DNA of 64,000 nt, taken from positions 186,744,001 through 186,808,000 of the forward strand of contig CM059427.1 in the NCBI GenBank assembly GCA_030390025.1, written 5' to 3'. The translations under genes were made by a program, and so were the position numbers. Each line of letters begins with the position of its first letter. Position 1 is the first letter of the stretch. Origin of the DNA: Squalus acanthias. Lineage: Eukaryota. The notes below the pieces were generated by a model. The model saw nothing but the letters and a program-made list of their open reading frames with translations, was not told where the DNA came from and ran no database searches. Shown here piece after piece: positions 25,515-38,491 of the stretch.

Positions 25515-27505
25515 GTGAGTGGGACAAATGCTAGAAAAGGTTCATTAATATGAATCTCCAAAAATAATTTTACATCTACAGATGAGAGATTGCCAGGATC
25601 ACGTGAGATTTATATCACCCAGTGCAGAGAGCATCTCTCATTAAAACAACCAGGGGAAAGATTTTGTTCGTTGTTCTTCCTGAAATGGTCAACATGAATA
25701 AAAATGGTTTGAAAATTGCGCCAGAAATAGCAAACCGAGGAATCTACCCCACAGAGAGTATTATGGTCTGTACCCTGGCTCACTTTCCGTAAGATGTACT
25801 GAATTCTGTTACCAAATCAATAGATCCCTTGTAGTAATAAGCCTCAGCACGATGTGACAGGAATAAGATTGGCCAGTATCGCTGCTCCTGATTGCTGTCC
25901 AGTGAACCTGTTAGATGTGTCACTTGGTTGAGGTCCCAGAGGAAGTCAAGTGTCCCTGGAACTTGTACTGTACCAAAAAGTTAATGCCTTCAGGAAAGCA
26001 AGGGGAACATGGCAGAGAAAAACTGATAAATTGTGTCAATTCAATAATATTTAAAAACTTTAGTATAAATAAATCAAAATCTTTAGTTTCTGCCAACTAA
26101 GGATGTTGCTAAACAGCTACACTTCCTGGTTGGTTGATGTTATTAACATCTAAATGAGGCTGAGGTCACTGTCAAATGTACTTGATACAAAATATAATCC
26201 AATCCTGAAATGTCGTAGTGGCCAAAATATGATGGTGACTGTATTGGGCCTGGACCATTGCTCCTGAGGTGTTGGCTCAAACTGCACCAGAATGAGGTGA
26301 CCGTAATAGAAAGTCAACTCATTTACATTTGTTAGTGGCACTCATGGTACATAGTGTGTGGTACACGGGGAATGTCACACGGGTCGGGCACCAGAGTGTT
26401 GGGCGCCAGCAGCTAATGGATGCCACCATTATTTTAGCCTGACATTGGCCCAAAAATTCGGCCCATCCCGGGTGAGTACACAGTCCGTACTCACCCGTAT
26501 TGCTTCCCGAAGTGCCGGTTTCCTGCATGCACGGCGCATGCGCAGGAAACCGGAACTTCCGGTATGGTGAAGGGTGCGGTTCCCAAGTGAACCGCGTGCG
26601 CGCTAGAGGCAGCGCACGCAGCACACTTAGATTTTTTTCAGATTTCTACGCAAGGGTAAGTATTGATGATACTACGCTAATGAAAAGGAGGCGTAAGACC
26701 CGTTTTGAACAAGGTAAGTGGTTAATTAAGTATAATTTAAAAAAAATTTCAACAGGTTTATCTTTTTTAGATACTTTAAAGAAAGGTAAGTTTATTTTTA
26801 TAACTTTTAAAAAGTATTTTAATTTTTTTGGCCTGGCATTGGGAATAAAGTCCCTGTTGAAGATTTGATTCTTACTTGTCATGTTGTAGGTGGGACTGAA
26901 AGTCAGGGTGGGCATTTTTAGAACAAGCCTCTCCTGAAGTGCCATTCCTCATGGACGCTCAATGATTGGAGCTCTGCTCAGGAGCATTTTGGGAGCCCAC
27001 TCATTTAAATAACGGAATGACTTTTGGCGTGGATTTTGTGCACAGGCTCCCAGTGCGTGTGTTGGGTGGTCTTACTGAAGTGTGCGAGGCACATTGAGAA
27101 CAGAGTGGGACTGGAGCCTTCTCCATGTCTGATAATATGGGCGCTACATTTCCATCACACCCTCCTCTGGTGAGATTCCATCACCTGTCCATTGTGGTGT
27201 CGGCTTCCCCAAATGTCATCCAAACCATGTAACCTTAACCTGACCCCGGATACTCCAGCAGGGTCAGGGGTAAAGGTCATCGGCCGCACTCTGGCTCATT
27301 CACGCTGGCAGAGCTGGACTGAGAATTTTCAGACTCACTGAGTTATTCTACTGACAAAATGCACTTGTGTGTAATCTGGCCTGACTCTTTAATGCAGCAA
27401 GGTACAAGTGCTGATGATGGGCACATCCTACGGTCAGTTAGAACCTAATAGTTGGATTGTACATGTCACTACTTACACTAAATCTTATTGATCTGTTTTT
27501 CACAG

Positions 27506-27775
27506 TTGAGTCAAGTCCACAGAGTGCTGTGGTGGGCAGTGACGTTACACACAGCTGTACCATCTCCAAACTCTCAGATACAGTCAGTCTTCAATGGAAA
27601 CAGAGAGACTCATCTGAGCAGAACAGGAGGAACACTGATCAGATCCGACTAAATAACACAGTCTATCTGATAGTCAAACATGTAGCAGTAGAGGATAAGG
27701 AGTTGTACGCGTGTGAAGTGCAGGAAGATGGATCCATTATTCTCCCTGGAAATGTAGATTTTTCTGTGGCCCAGG
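27506..27775 (+). CDS. Gene B Ig D2, C2-type
   Basis: Acceptor tttttcacag|, donor CAGG|gtaagt, 270 bp; VGSDVTHSC...LQWKQ...LIVKHV...DKELYACEV. Confidence 0.9.
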
Positions 27776-28195
27776 GTAAGTGCAGTTACCTCACAGTAGA
27801 TATTAAAGAGTTACTGAAATAAAACTGTTACATATAAAGTGGAGTCATACATGTCAACCATCAGCACTTCATGCTTACAATCAGCATATGGGGGCCTGGT
27901 GCACATATCAGCATTGAACAAAAAACTGGCCTCTCTCCCCTCAATGACACTTCTAACCGAGTTCTGCTGCTATTTGAAGTGATTCCAGCTGCTGCATACT
28001 CTAGGCTTCAAATAAGCATTCAGCTGGGAGCAGGACTGAGGGAAGAGGGAAGGGCAGGGAATCAATGGCCATGAACGGAGAGGGAAGGATGGAAATGATG
28101 GCAATGTAGAGGAGAGATGGTGGGCAGAGGGAAATGACAGAGGCTGGGAGTGGGGCTTTGGAGGAGGAAGAGGGGAAAAGCTGAGAGTGGAACTT

Positions 28196-28286
28196 TGGAG
28201 TAGAAGATAAGAATTTGCATTTGTGTGAAGTGCAGAAAAAAGACTCTGTTATTAAAATAGCATCAAAACTATTGGTGTGGATCAGG
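28196..28286 (+). pseudogene. Relic 3' half of a third D2/D4-type C2 exon
   Basis: GVEDKNLHLCEVQKKDSVI...ggtgtggatcagg|gtaggg aligns to the ends of D2 and D4; downstream intron (cagtagatattaaatagttactgaaata) also duplicated. Confidence 0.7.
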
Positions 28287-28454
28287 GTAGGGCCAGAACT
28301 ACCTTACAGTAGATATTAAATAGTTACTGAAATAACACTGTTACACACAAAGTACAGGGAGCACAGAGACAGCATATGCTTTTACTACAGACTGGGACCT
28401 TATTTTCTCTCGGGAACATTGGTGTAAATATAACATTGCAATACAGTGTGAATG

Positions 28455-31400
28455 ATAGCGTCATGGTAATGTCACTGAACTAGTAATCCAGCGGCCTGGA
28501 CTAATGATCCAGAGACGTCAGCTGGGGAATTTAAATTCAGTTAATTAAATAAATCTGGAATAAAAAGCTAGTGTTAGTAATGGTAACCATGAAACTATCG
28601 GATTGTCAGAAAAAAAACCATCTGGTTCACTAATATCCTTCAGGGAAGGAAATCTGTCATCCTTACCTGGTCTGGTCTTTATGTGACACCAGACCCACAG
28701 CAATGTGGTTGACTCTTAACTGCCCTCTGAAATGGCCGATGAAAGAAAAGAAACCAGACGGACCACTCCGCATCGGCAACGGCAAAGGCAACGGCAACGG
28801 CACACCCAGCCCAGTCAACCCTGCAAAGTCCTCCTCACCAACATCTGGGGACTTGTGCCAAAATTGGGAGAGCTGTCCCAATCACTGGCCCACAGACTAG
28901 TCAAGCAACAGCCTGACATAGTCATACTCACAGAATCATATCTTTCAGCCAATGTCCCAAACTCCTCCATCACCTTCACCACCGTGAAGGAGTGCCCCTG
29001 AGAGTCCACAACATTGACTCCGAAACCCATGAAGTCTCATGGCTTCAGGTCAAGCATGGTCAAGGAAACCTCCTGCTGATTACCACCTACCGCCCACCCT
29101 CAGCTGATGAATCAGTGCTCTGCCATGTTGAACACCACTTGGAAGAAGCACTGAGAGTAGCAAGGGTACAGAATATACTCTGGGTGGGGGACTTCAACGT
29201 CCATCACCAAGAGTGGCTCGGTAGCACCACTACTGACCGAGCTGGCCGAGACCTGAAGGACATAACTGCCAGACTGGGCCTGCGACGGTGGTGAGAGAAC
29301 CAACACGAGGGAAAAACCTACTTGACCTCGTCCTCACCAATCTACCTGTCGCAGATGTATCTGTCCATGACAGTATTGGTAGCAGTGACCACCGCACAGT
29401 CATTGTGGAGATGAAGTCCTGTCTTCACACTGAGGACACCCTCCATCGTGTTATATGGCAGTACCACCGTGCTAAATGGGATAGATTCAGAACAGATCTA
29501 GCAGCTCAAAACTGGGCATTCATGAGGCGCTGTGGGCCATCAGCAACAGCAGAATTGTATTCCACCACAATCTGTAACCTCATGGCCTGGCATATCCCTC
29601 AACCTACCATTACCATCAAGCCAAGGGAACAACCCTGGTTCAATAAGGAGTGTAGAAGTGCATGCCAGGAGCATCACCAGGCATACCTAAATATGAGGTG
29701 CCAACCTGGGGAAGCTGCAACACAGGACTACATGCATGCTAAAAAGTTGGAGCAGCATGCTATAGACAGAGCTAAGCGATCCCACAATCAATGGATCAGA
29801 TCAAAGCTCTGCAGTCCTGCCACATCCAATCGTGAATGGTGGTGGACCATTAAACAACTAACGGGAGGAGGAGAGGAGGAGGCTCCATGAATATCCCCAT
29901 CCTCAATAATGGTGGAGCCCAGCAAGTGAGTGCAAAAGACAAGGCTGAAGCGTTTGCAACCATCTTCAGCCAGAAGTGCCGAGTGGATGATCCATATTGG
30001 TCTCCTCCTGAGGTCCCCACCATCACAGAAGCCAGTCTTCAGTCAAATCGATTCACTCCATGTGATATCAAGAAACAGCTCAGCATACTGGATACAGCAA
30101 AGGCTATGGGCCCCGACAACATCCCGGCTATCGTGCTGAAGACTTGTGCTCCAGAACTAGCCGCGCCTCTAGCCAAGCTGTTCCAGTACATCTACAACAC
30201 TGGCATCTATCTGAAAATGTGGAAAACTGTCCAGGTATGTCCTGTCCACAATGAGCAGGACAAATCCAATCCGGTCAATTACCGCCCCATTAGTCTACTC
30301 TCAATCATCAGCAAAGTGATGGAAGGTGTCATCGACAGTGCTATCAAGTGGCACTTACTCACCAATAACCTGCTCACTGATGCCCAATTTGGGTTCCGCC
30401 ACAACCACACTGCTCCTGACCTCATTGCAGCCTTGGTCCAAACATGGACAAAGGAGCTGAATTGCAAAGGTGAGGTGAGAGTGACTGCCCTTGACCGAGT
30501 CTGGCATCAAGGAGCCCTAGTAAAACTGAAGTCAATGGGAATGGCGGGGGTGGGGGGAAACTCTCCACTGGCTGGAGTCATACCTAGCAAAAAGGAAGAT
30601 GGTTGTGGTGATTGAAGATCAATCATCACAGCCCCAAGACATCACTGCAGGAGTTCCTCAGGGCAGTGTCCTAGGTACAACCATCTTCAGCTGCTTCATC
30701 AGTGACCTTCCCTCCAACATAAGATCAGAAATGGGGATGTTCGCTGATGACTGCACAAAGTTCAGTGCCATTCACAGCTCCTCAGATAATGAAGCCGTCC
30801 ATGACCGCATGCAACAAGACCTGCACCATGTTCAGACATGGGCTGATAAGTGGCAGGTAACATTCGCGCCACAGCCAGGCAATGACTATCTCCACAAGCG
30901 AGAGTCTAACCACTGCCCCTTGATATTCAACACCATTACCATCGCCGAATCCCCCACCATCAACATCCTGGGGGTCACCATTGAACAGAAACTTAACTGG
31001 ACCAACCACATAAATACGGTGGCAACAAGAGCAGGTCACAGGCTAGGTATTCTGCGGCGAGTGTCTCACCTCCTGACTCCCCAAAGCCTTTCTACCATCT
31101 ACAAGGCACAAGTAAGGAGTGTGATGGAATACTCTCCGCTTGCCTGGATGAGTGCAGCTCCAACAACACTCAAGAAGCTCGACACCATCCAGGACAAACC
31201 AGCCCGCTTGATTGGCACCCCATCTGCTACCTTAAACATTCACTTCCTCCACCACTGGCGCACCATGGCTGCAGTGTGTACCATCTACAAGATGCACTGC
31301 AGCAACTCGCCAAGGCTTCTTCGGCAGCACCTCCCAAACCCGCGATCTCTTCCACCTAGAAGGACAAGGACAGCAAGCGCATGGGAACACCACCACCTCC

Positions 31401-31637
31401 AAGTTCCCCTCCAAGTCACACGCCATCCTGACTTGGAAGTATATCGCCGATCCTTCATCGTGGCTGGGTCAAAATCCTGGAACTCCCTACCTAACAGCAC
31501 TGTGGGAGTACCTTCACCACACGGACCACACAGGTTCAAGAAGGCGGCTTACCACCACTTTCTCAAGGGCAATTAGGGATGGGCAATAAACGTTGGCCCT
31601 GCCAGCGACGCCCACATCCCGTGAATGAAAAAAAAAC
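28455..31637 (+). mobile_element. Near full-length CR1-like LINE (APE-RT, frameshifted) with tRNA-like 5' head
   Basis: PDIVILTES, TTYRPP, VGDFN, LDLVLTN..SDH (APE); NYRPISLLS, QFGFR, GVPQGSVLG, FADD (RT); A-rich tail at ~31630. Confidence 0.92.
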
Positions 31638-31949
31638 TCAGCACAGCCTGAGATTGAGCTTGGAACGTACCTGGTCTGTGTCTCAACTACACTCTTGGTA
31701 AACAGACTGAGACAGGGCAAGTTTTTTTCATTGATTGATTCTGGGTCAGAAAACCAATCAGAATACTGAGGCAGAATGCCAAAAACAATCACAGCAAAAA
31801 GTCATTCCCAGCTGCAAACATTGCAATTGAAAATCTCCACTATTCAGGCTCAGAGAAACTCTTCTTCTCTGCCTGTCTCAGCTGATCCTGGAAACATCGG
31901 TGCCTCATCACTCTCATTCTAACTGAGGGCTCGTGCATTGTGAGCGCAA

Positions 31950-32646
31950 GAGCATACAGTTTTGGTGTCCTTACTTAAGGAAAGACATCCTTGCTCTCGA
32001 GGCAGTGCAAAAAAGGTTCACTCGGTTAATCCCGGGGATGAGGGGGTGGTCATATGAGGAGAGGTTGGGTAGATTGGGACTCTACTCATTGGAGTTCAGA
32101 AGAATGAGAGGCGATCTTATTGAAACATATAAGATTGTGAAGGGGTTGGATCGGGTGGATGCGGGGAGGATGTTCCCGATGACGGGTGAGACGAGAACTA
32201 GGGGACATAGTCTTAGAATAAGGGGCTGCTCTTTCAAAACTGAGATGAGGAGGAACTACTTCACTCAGAGGGTGGTAGGTCCATGGAATATGCTGCCACA
32301 AAAAGCTGTAGAAGCTACAACATTAATTAAATTTAAAACAGAAATAGACAGTTTCCTAGAAGTAAAGGGCATTAAGGGTTACGGGGAGCGGGCAGGAATT
32401 TGGACATGAGTCTAGGTTCGGATCGGTCATGGCCCTGTGGGTAGTGGAGCGGGCCCAGGGACTGTGTAGCCTGATTCTGCTCCTATTTCGTGTGTGCAAT
32501 TCTGTTAGATGCAGGAGATGGTTCTGTGATAGATAGTAGATTGGCGGTTAGGATCAGATCAGCCATGATCTTATTGAATGGCGGAGCAGGCTCGAGGGGC
32601 CGATTGGCCTACTCCTGCTCCTATTTCTTATGTTCTTATGTTCTTA
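31950..32646 (+). mobile_element. CR1 3' fragment with doubled 3' UTR
   Basis: ORF 31933-32409 is the CR1 RT C-terminus; two successive 3'UTR-like segments, the last ending (TTCTTATG)n. Confidence 0.88.
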
Positions 32647-33878
32647 AACTCGAGGCTGCAGAGCCACTGGCCTGCATTGTAATATATGTAGATTAACTCA
32701 TTTGGGAACTCCACTGGCAGATAATGGGAAGTGACAAAATGTCCCAGGGGATTCAGGAGCATTGATTTTAACGGGAAAAACAAAGGAAACAGCTTCTTCC
32801 CAACTTTGATCTAAAAAAAGTTACACTGCGAGTGCGGAATTGCTGAATTTAGTCAGTGAGCACTTGAGGTCCCTTTCAGGTACAAATCTCTTCATGTTCA
32901 GAATTCTGTAAGCTGCAACTGGAAAAAGCAGAGACAATGCCACCCTGGAGCCAAGCCGAGCATCCACATATGTGAGTTTGTGAACATGCAGTGTGCAGAT
33001 AACTTGTGTTGGCAGCATGCTCGATGTGCATTTAGATGTGCAATGTTAATGGGCATTTGGAAAGTGGGCGAACAGCTGCCAGAGATCTTTGCAATTTCCC
33101 ACCTTGATGCTCCTTCAAGCTTGCAGTGAAGTGCTGATAGCCTGCATTGTAAAAGTAAGATTGCAAAAGGAGGCAAAGTGTGCGCAGGTTTATCTTAGCA
33201 ACCCTTGGGAGATCAGCAAATGTCTCCCTCATCTACTCCTCGATTGCTAAGCAGTGTGTAAGATGGGGGAGAGGAGGGAGCAGAGGAGGCAGAGGCTGCC
33301 TTGATTTTGGACAAAACAGTCCATGAACTCTTTGGCTGGAAGTTTGTGGCTGTCCGTGCGGTGCGATTGGAGGCGGGTCAGGAGTGAAAGTTGAAATAAC
33401 TTGGAGCTGGTCGGGAACCCGCCGTCATCCTGCCTCTACGCACCTTTCCCTCTGCCACGTTTGCCAGCGCGGCAGCGACCCTAACGACAGAGGCAGCCGA
33501 GCTAATTTAGATGATTATTAGTACTTGTCAGACCCTTAATTGTCTTTTTAACCCTACCTATCAAATGTCCCTGGATGAACACGGGAATCACGCAGCTCGG
33601 GAACCACCTCTGTGAACCTGAGGCGGAAGTTCAGTGGCCATTGATCCAGCTCATTAGTGCACAGCATGAAAAGCACAATAAATACTCCCACCTGACATCT
33701 CGTTACTTTACTAGGGCAGGTGCTATTGCTGAGTGCATTGTCAGCACAGATTTAGCTTTCCAGAGGTTGCAAGTGTTTTCTGCAAAGTTGGGATCCACTG
33801 TCACCTCATTGATAGCATCTATCACACCATTGACAGATTGCTTCTGTCATCTCTACTGACCTGCCATCTATTACATAA

Positions 33879-33986
33879 GCCTCCGCAGCACATGAACTAA
33901 AGTTAGGAAAGATACAGAGTAGATTAGCATGGCACCTGCACAAGGACGACACGCAAATTCGTGAAACGTTCCCTTTAAAAAAAAAA
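33879..33986 (+). pseudogene. RNU6: U6 snRNA processed pseudogene with poly(A)
   Basis: gcagcacatgaactaaagttaggaaagatacagagtagattagcatggcacctgcacaaggacgacacgcaaattcgtgaaacgttcc matches U6 with several substitutions, followed by A10. Confidence 0.9.
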
Positions 33987-33987
33987 T

Positions 33988-34375
33988 GGGCAACACGGTG
34001 GCATAGTGGTTAGCACTGGTGCCTCACAGCGCCAGAGACCCGGGTTCGAATCTGACCTCGGGTGACTGTCTGTGTGGAGTTTGCACATTCTCCCCGTGTC
34101 TGCGTGGGTTTCCTCCGGGTGCTCCGGTTTCCTCCCACAGTCCAAAAATGTGTGGGTTAGGTTGATTTGGCTATGATAAATTGACCCTTAGTGTTAGGGG
34201 GAATTAAATACGTGGGGTTACGGGGGTAGGGTGGGATATGTGTACTGTGGGGATTAAAGCAGGGACAGGGTACTGGATTTGGATGATCAGCCATGATCGT
34301 ATTGAATGGCGGAGCAGGCTCGACGGGCCGAATGGCCTACTCCTGCTCCTAGATTCTATGTTTCTATGTTTCTAT
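33988..34375 (+). mobile_element. V-SINE (HE1-like): tRNA head, V-domain, CR1-derived tail
   Basis: A/B boxes (tagtggttag, ggttcgaatc), gtgtggagtttgcacattctccccgtg core, CR1 3' end with (TTTCTATG)n. Confidence 0.9.
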
Positions 34376-36045
34376 GGGTGCCGTTTATACTGTCTCACCT
34401 TGGTCCTCAGAATTGGACCACGATGAGCCCCAACACCAGCAGCACCAACAATCACACCAGCAGCACCAACAATCACACCAGCAACCTTCCCCTCACCAAC
34501 CTGATGCTGCACAGGACAGAGGGCATCAGAGCTGCAATACGCCGGAGACGATACCCACAACACAGGGTATACAGGCAGAGGATGAGCTTCCTCAACATGA
34601 CTGAGCAGCAGTGCCAAAGGAGGCTCAAGCTATCACGGCAGGTCATCGCAGACATTTGCAGATTGCTGGGGAAAACCTGCAGCCCCGAGGAGCGGGTGGA
34701 CATGCCTTACCAGTGGCTGTCAAAGTCACCAGCGTCCTCAACTTCTTCACCTCAGGCTCCTTCCAGGGATCTGCAGCAGACATTTGCGGCATCTCACAGT
34801 TGGCCGCCCACAGATGCATCACACAGGGCACCGATGCCCTGTTTGACAAGTCAGCCAATTATATCAACTTTGCCAGTGATGAAGCCAGTGTTACTGAGCG
34901 GGCGCTCGGCATCGCCACTTTGGCTGGCTTCCCACGTGTGCAAGGCATCATCAGCTACACACATGTGGCCATTAGGTCACCCCATCATCGCCTCTGTGCA
35001 GTCATGTTTCTAAGTGTTTGGAACACTCCAATGCTGCAGTACAGAGCCTGCACAATCCTAGATGAACCTTGAAATACAAAGTGGCCATGGCTCCTTTAAA
35101 TATCCCGGCTGAAAACACGTCCTCGATGACGCCATCAGACCTGCACCATTTAATAGGGCCGGGTAACGCACAGGGGGGCTTAATAGACGCCATTAAGGGA
35201 AAGTCGATCTCAGGAGAGGAATGGAATGTGAACGGGGTCGCGACCTGCCATGACGACCGCCCCCACCCGACCCGCCCAGGTACAGAAAATTCCAGCCTTT
35301 GCATTTGCCTTTGCCTTTGCATCTGGAGGGTAAGAAAGTCCATCTAAAGTTCTGGAGCTTTCCTCTGCCCTTGTTACATGATCAGACTAGATACCTGTGA
35401 AAATGGAAAAAATAAACCAGGATGAAAAAGGCAGCTGGTTGTATCCAAATATATATTTCCTTCCTCTTCCTTATCTATCTTGGTGACATCATGCGCAGGT
35501 TCAGGGTTCAACTTGTTGTTGAGAACACTCAGCTCTCCCTCTCCACCATTTCCCATAACCCCCATGACTACCTTTGGTCTTCAGCCTTCAGCCACAGTCT
35601 GAAATTACCACTAAATATCTCCACCTCTCCATTTCTCCGTGCCCCTTTAAAAACATTCTCCAAACACATTTTTTTTCGATGTTCAGTCATATCTCCTAAC
35701 TTTCACATCATTGCTTATTGTCTTTTGATCCTTTTACCTATTTCCCCCTCTGTGTAAACAGTCTTGGAAGGTGTTCTTCATCAAAAGTGCAATAGAAATA
35801 TAAGTTTTTGTTAAACATTTGAAGGTTAAGAAGCTATTTGAGAAACAATGATCCATTATTATAAGTGTATCTATAGGAAAGTGTCTTTCTTCTTTACAAC
35901 TGTGTGTGAATGTGTTGTGTCACTACTGAAATGAATTATAACTAACAGCTTAATGAAAACAAATTGTCTGCAGTATTAATAATTACACAGATCGGATTGA
36001 GAAGTTGCTGTCTGATTTAAAAATGTTGGTTCTCCTTTCTTGCAG

Positions 36046-36391
36046 GAAACCAGAATTGTATTTATTTTTTCCATCAGGAAGGCAGCATTGTATTGAAAGG
36101 ACCAGACATTCCTGGAAATGGCTCCATTGTCTGGGAATGGAGACCACACTCAGGGCAACAAACTACAAAGCAATTGGGAACTTTTTCACAGAGAAGATCA
36201 GCGGTGGGCGGTACAATGGAGCGAGGAGTACAATAATATACCAGGCATTTCTCAGAGGATACGTGAGGACTGGGGAACCCTTAATCTGAGAATCAGAAAC
36301 CCCACCTTTGAACTTGCGAGATTGTTCACCTGGACTCAGACACAGCCCAGCAAGAAAATCCTGAAACAGTATGAAATATTTGGGATCAAAG
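36046..36391 (+). pseudogene. Gene B Ig D3, V-like paralog of D1; +1 frameshift at the T5 run 36182-36186
   Basis: Acceptor cctttcttgcag|, donor AAAG|gtaagt, 346 bp (3n+1); IVWEWRPHSG...NLRIRNPTFELARLF...QYEIFGIK; as written, stop TAA at 36234-36236. Confidence 0.85.
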
Positions 36392-36599
36392 GTAAGTAGC
36401 ACAACAAATGGAAAGGATTCAATCATCTGATTTTTTTGTGAGTAATTCCACAAATATTCCGAACAGAATGTTGGGATGATGTCCTGATCCTCCAGTTCTA
36501 TCACTCAGCCCAGAATGAATCTCTCATTAAAAGCAGCCAGGTGGGTAAAATTCCTCTGTGCATTAGAACTAGTGGATGCACTAAGGGCTAGTAATTTTG

Positions 36600-37225
36600 G
36601 TAGTTAGCACTAGCATGTTGTTGCAATTTTTGTCCATCCTCCTAAAATTCCTGAGTCAATGGCCTTGGAGGAGGATGGAGCGGGTGGCGATGGTATGGAA
36701 TTCGTGGCGAGGGTTGAAGACGATGGCTTCAGTCTCCCAAATATTTAACTGGAGGAAATTGCAGCTCATCCAAGACTAGATGTTAGACAAGTGATCTGAC
36801 AGCACAAAGGCAGTGGAGGGATTGAGAGTGGTGGTGGAGAGTTAGAGCTCGGTGTCGTGAATATACATGTGGAGCTGACCCATTGTCTTTGGATGATGTT
36901 TAGCTGGAAGTAGGTGATCTTTGTGATGGAGACGATATGGGGTCAGAAGCTTAGCCGAGGGCTAAAGAGTCTGCTTCAACCTGAGACAATGGCCAGGGAG
37001 AGAGATGTAGCTGCTTGTGATGTATGGAGTTCGTGGGGAGGGCTGAAGAAGATGGCTTCGGTCTTCATATATTTAACTGGAGGAAATTACAGCTCATCCA
37101 AGACTAGATGTTAGGCAAGTGATCTGACAGCACAGAGGCAGTGGAGGGATAGAGAGAAGTGGTGGAAAGGTAGAGCTGTGTTTCATCAACACAGATGTGC
37201 AAGCTGAGCAAATGTCTTAAGATGA
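36600..37225 (-). mobile_element. Tandemly duplicated L2 fragments
   Basis: Two copies of gatggcttc...atatttaactggaggaaatt...cagctcatccaagactagatgttag. Confidence 0.7.
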
Positions 37226-37227
37226 TG

Positions 37228-37675
37228 ATTTACTAGAATGGTACCAGGGGGATGAGGGTCTTCTGTTATGTGGAGAGATTGGAGAAGCTGGGGCAGAGAA
37301 GGTTAAGAGGAGATTTGATGGAGCGGTTCAAAATCATGAATGGTTTTGATAGAGTAAATAATGAGAAACTGATTCCAGTGGCAAAAGGGTCGGTAACCAG
37401 GGAAGACAGATTTAAGGTGATTGGCGACCAGATTCAGCATGAGGAAACATTCTTTTACACAGCGAGTTGTTGTGATCCCGAATCCACTGCCTGAAAGGGT
37501 GGTGGAAGCAGATTCAAGAGTAACTTTCAAAAGAGAATTGGTAAATACTTGAAGGGAAAATATTTACAGGATATGGGGAAAGAGCAGGGGAGAGGAACTA
37601 ATTGGATAGCTCTAGCAAAGAGCCGGCACAGACACGATGCACCGAATAGCCTCCTTCTGTGCTGTATCATTCTAT
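37228..37675 (+). mobile_element. CR1 3' fragment
   Basis: ERLEKLG..RRLRGDL..FKIMNGFDRV plus CR1 3' UTR. Confidence 0.85.
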
Positions 37676-37676
37676 G

Positions 37677-38271
37677 GGCCTGAAATTTGGCCCCTTAGCG
37701 CCAGCTGTTTAGGCCGGTTTTGTGGAAAAAATGTCACTCGCCTCACTTCTGCCTATTGGTGAAGCAGGTGTTAGGCTATTAACATATTCAAAGAAGGGGC
37801 CTAACGCCTGCTTCTGCTCCCTCTTGCAAATTTACTTGCATCTGTGACAGTCAGTGCCAGCAATGTTTACTCCCGGGAAAACAAACATTAAACAGTGCCG
37901 AATGAAAAAAAGTGAAGTACTTACCATTGGCATCTCCGACCTCACCCCCGACTCCAGCCTCCAGGCCCTCTCTGATCTCCCCACAATGCGGCCCCGACCT
38001 CCAGGTCCCCCCGATGGCCCCGACCTCCCCCCGATGTTGTCCCCGAGACCCGATCACCCCCCTCCGATCCTGGCCCCGTGTCCCGACCTACCTCAGCGTC
38101 CTTGCTGGGTGTTCAGACACTCAGCGCGTTCAGTGCTGGGCTGAACGCCACAATAAGGATAATCAGCCGGCGGAAACAAGTCCCGGTGCTGCCTGCGATC
38201 TTTTTACGGGTGTGAGCAAACCTCGCCCCGCGGAGCCACTCCCGTTTACGGCATTATCGGATTTCTAGGCC
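37677..38271. mobile_element. Harbinger-type non-autonomous element
   Basis: TIR-like GGCCTGAAATTT / GGATTTCTAGGCC; homologous to 8330-8890. Confidence 0.75.
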
Positions 38272-38491
38272 AAAGATTCTATGTTGCCGAGGAGCAGCAT
38301 GTAGATGAGGAAGATGAGGGAGCCAAGGGGGACAAGTGACCATTAACTGGGAAATGTTCATAGTCAGCACTAAGCACGGCTGCTCAGCATTTGTCTGACT
38401 GTGTCTGTTTGTAGGAAAAGAAAATTCTGAATGCAATAGTTCAGAGAGTTTATGGAAAGCTATTCTGCACGTCATTGATCTGTTTTTACAG

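Larger units (their letters stand above)
33333..35296 (+). mobile_element. Harbinger deletion derivative with HARBI1-like transposase N-terminal relic (~34374-34960)
   Basis: Ends GGCTGGAAGTTT / AAAATTCCAGCC; [25 protein letters not shown], then frameshift to [21 protein letters not shown]...GISQ...[17 protein letters not shown]. Confidence 0.85.

Noticed and set aside
33988-34060. tRNA gene
   Set aside because: It is the tRNA-derived head of a V-SINE, continuing into SINE core and CR1 tail.
34306-35072. Functional HARBI1 host gene
   Set aside because: Frameshifted, truncated near the first catalytic motif (IDxTH reads ISYTH) and bounded by TIRs.
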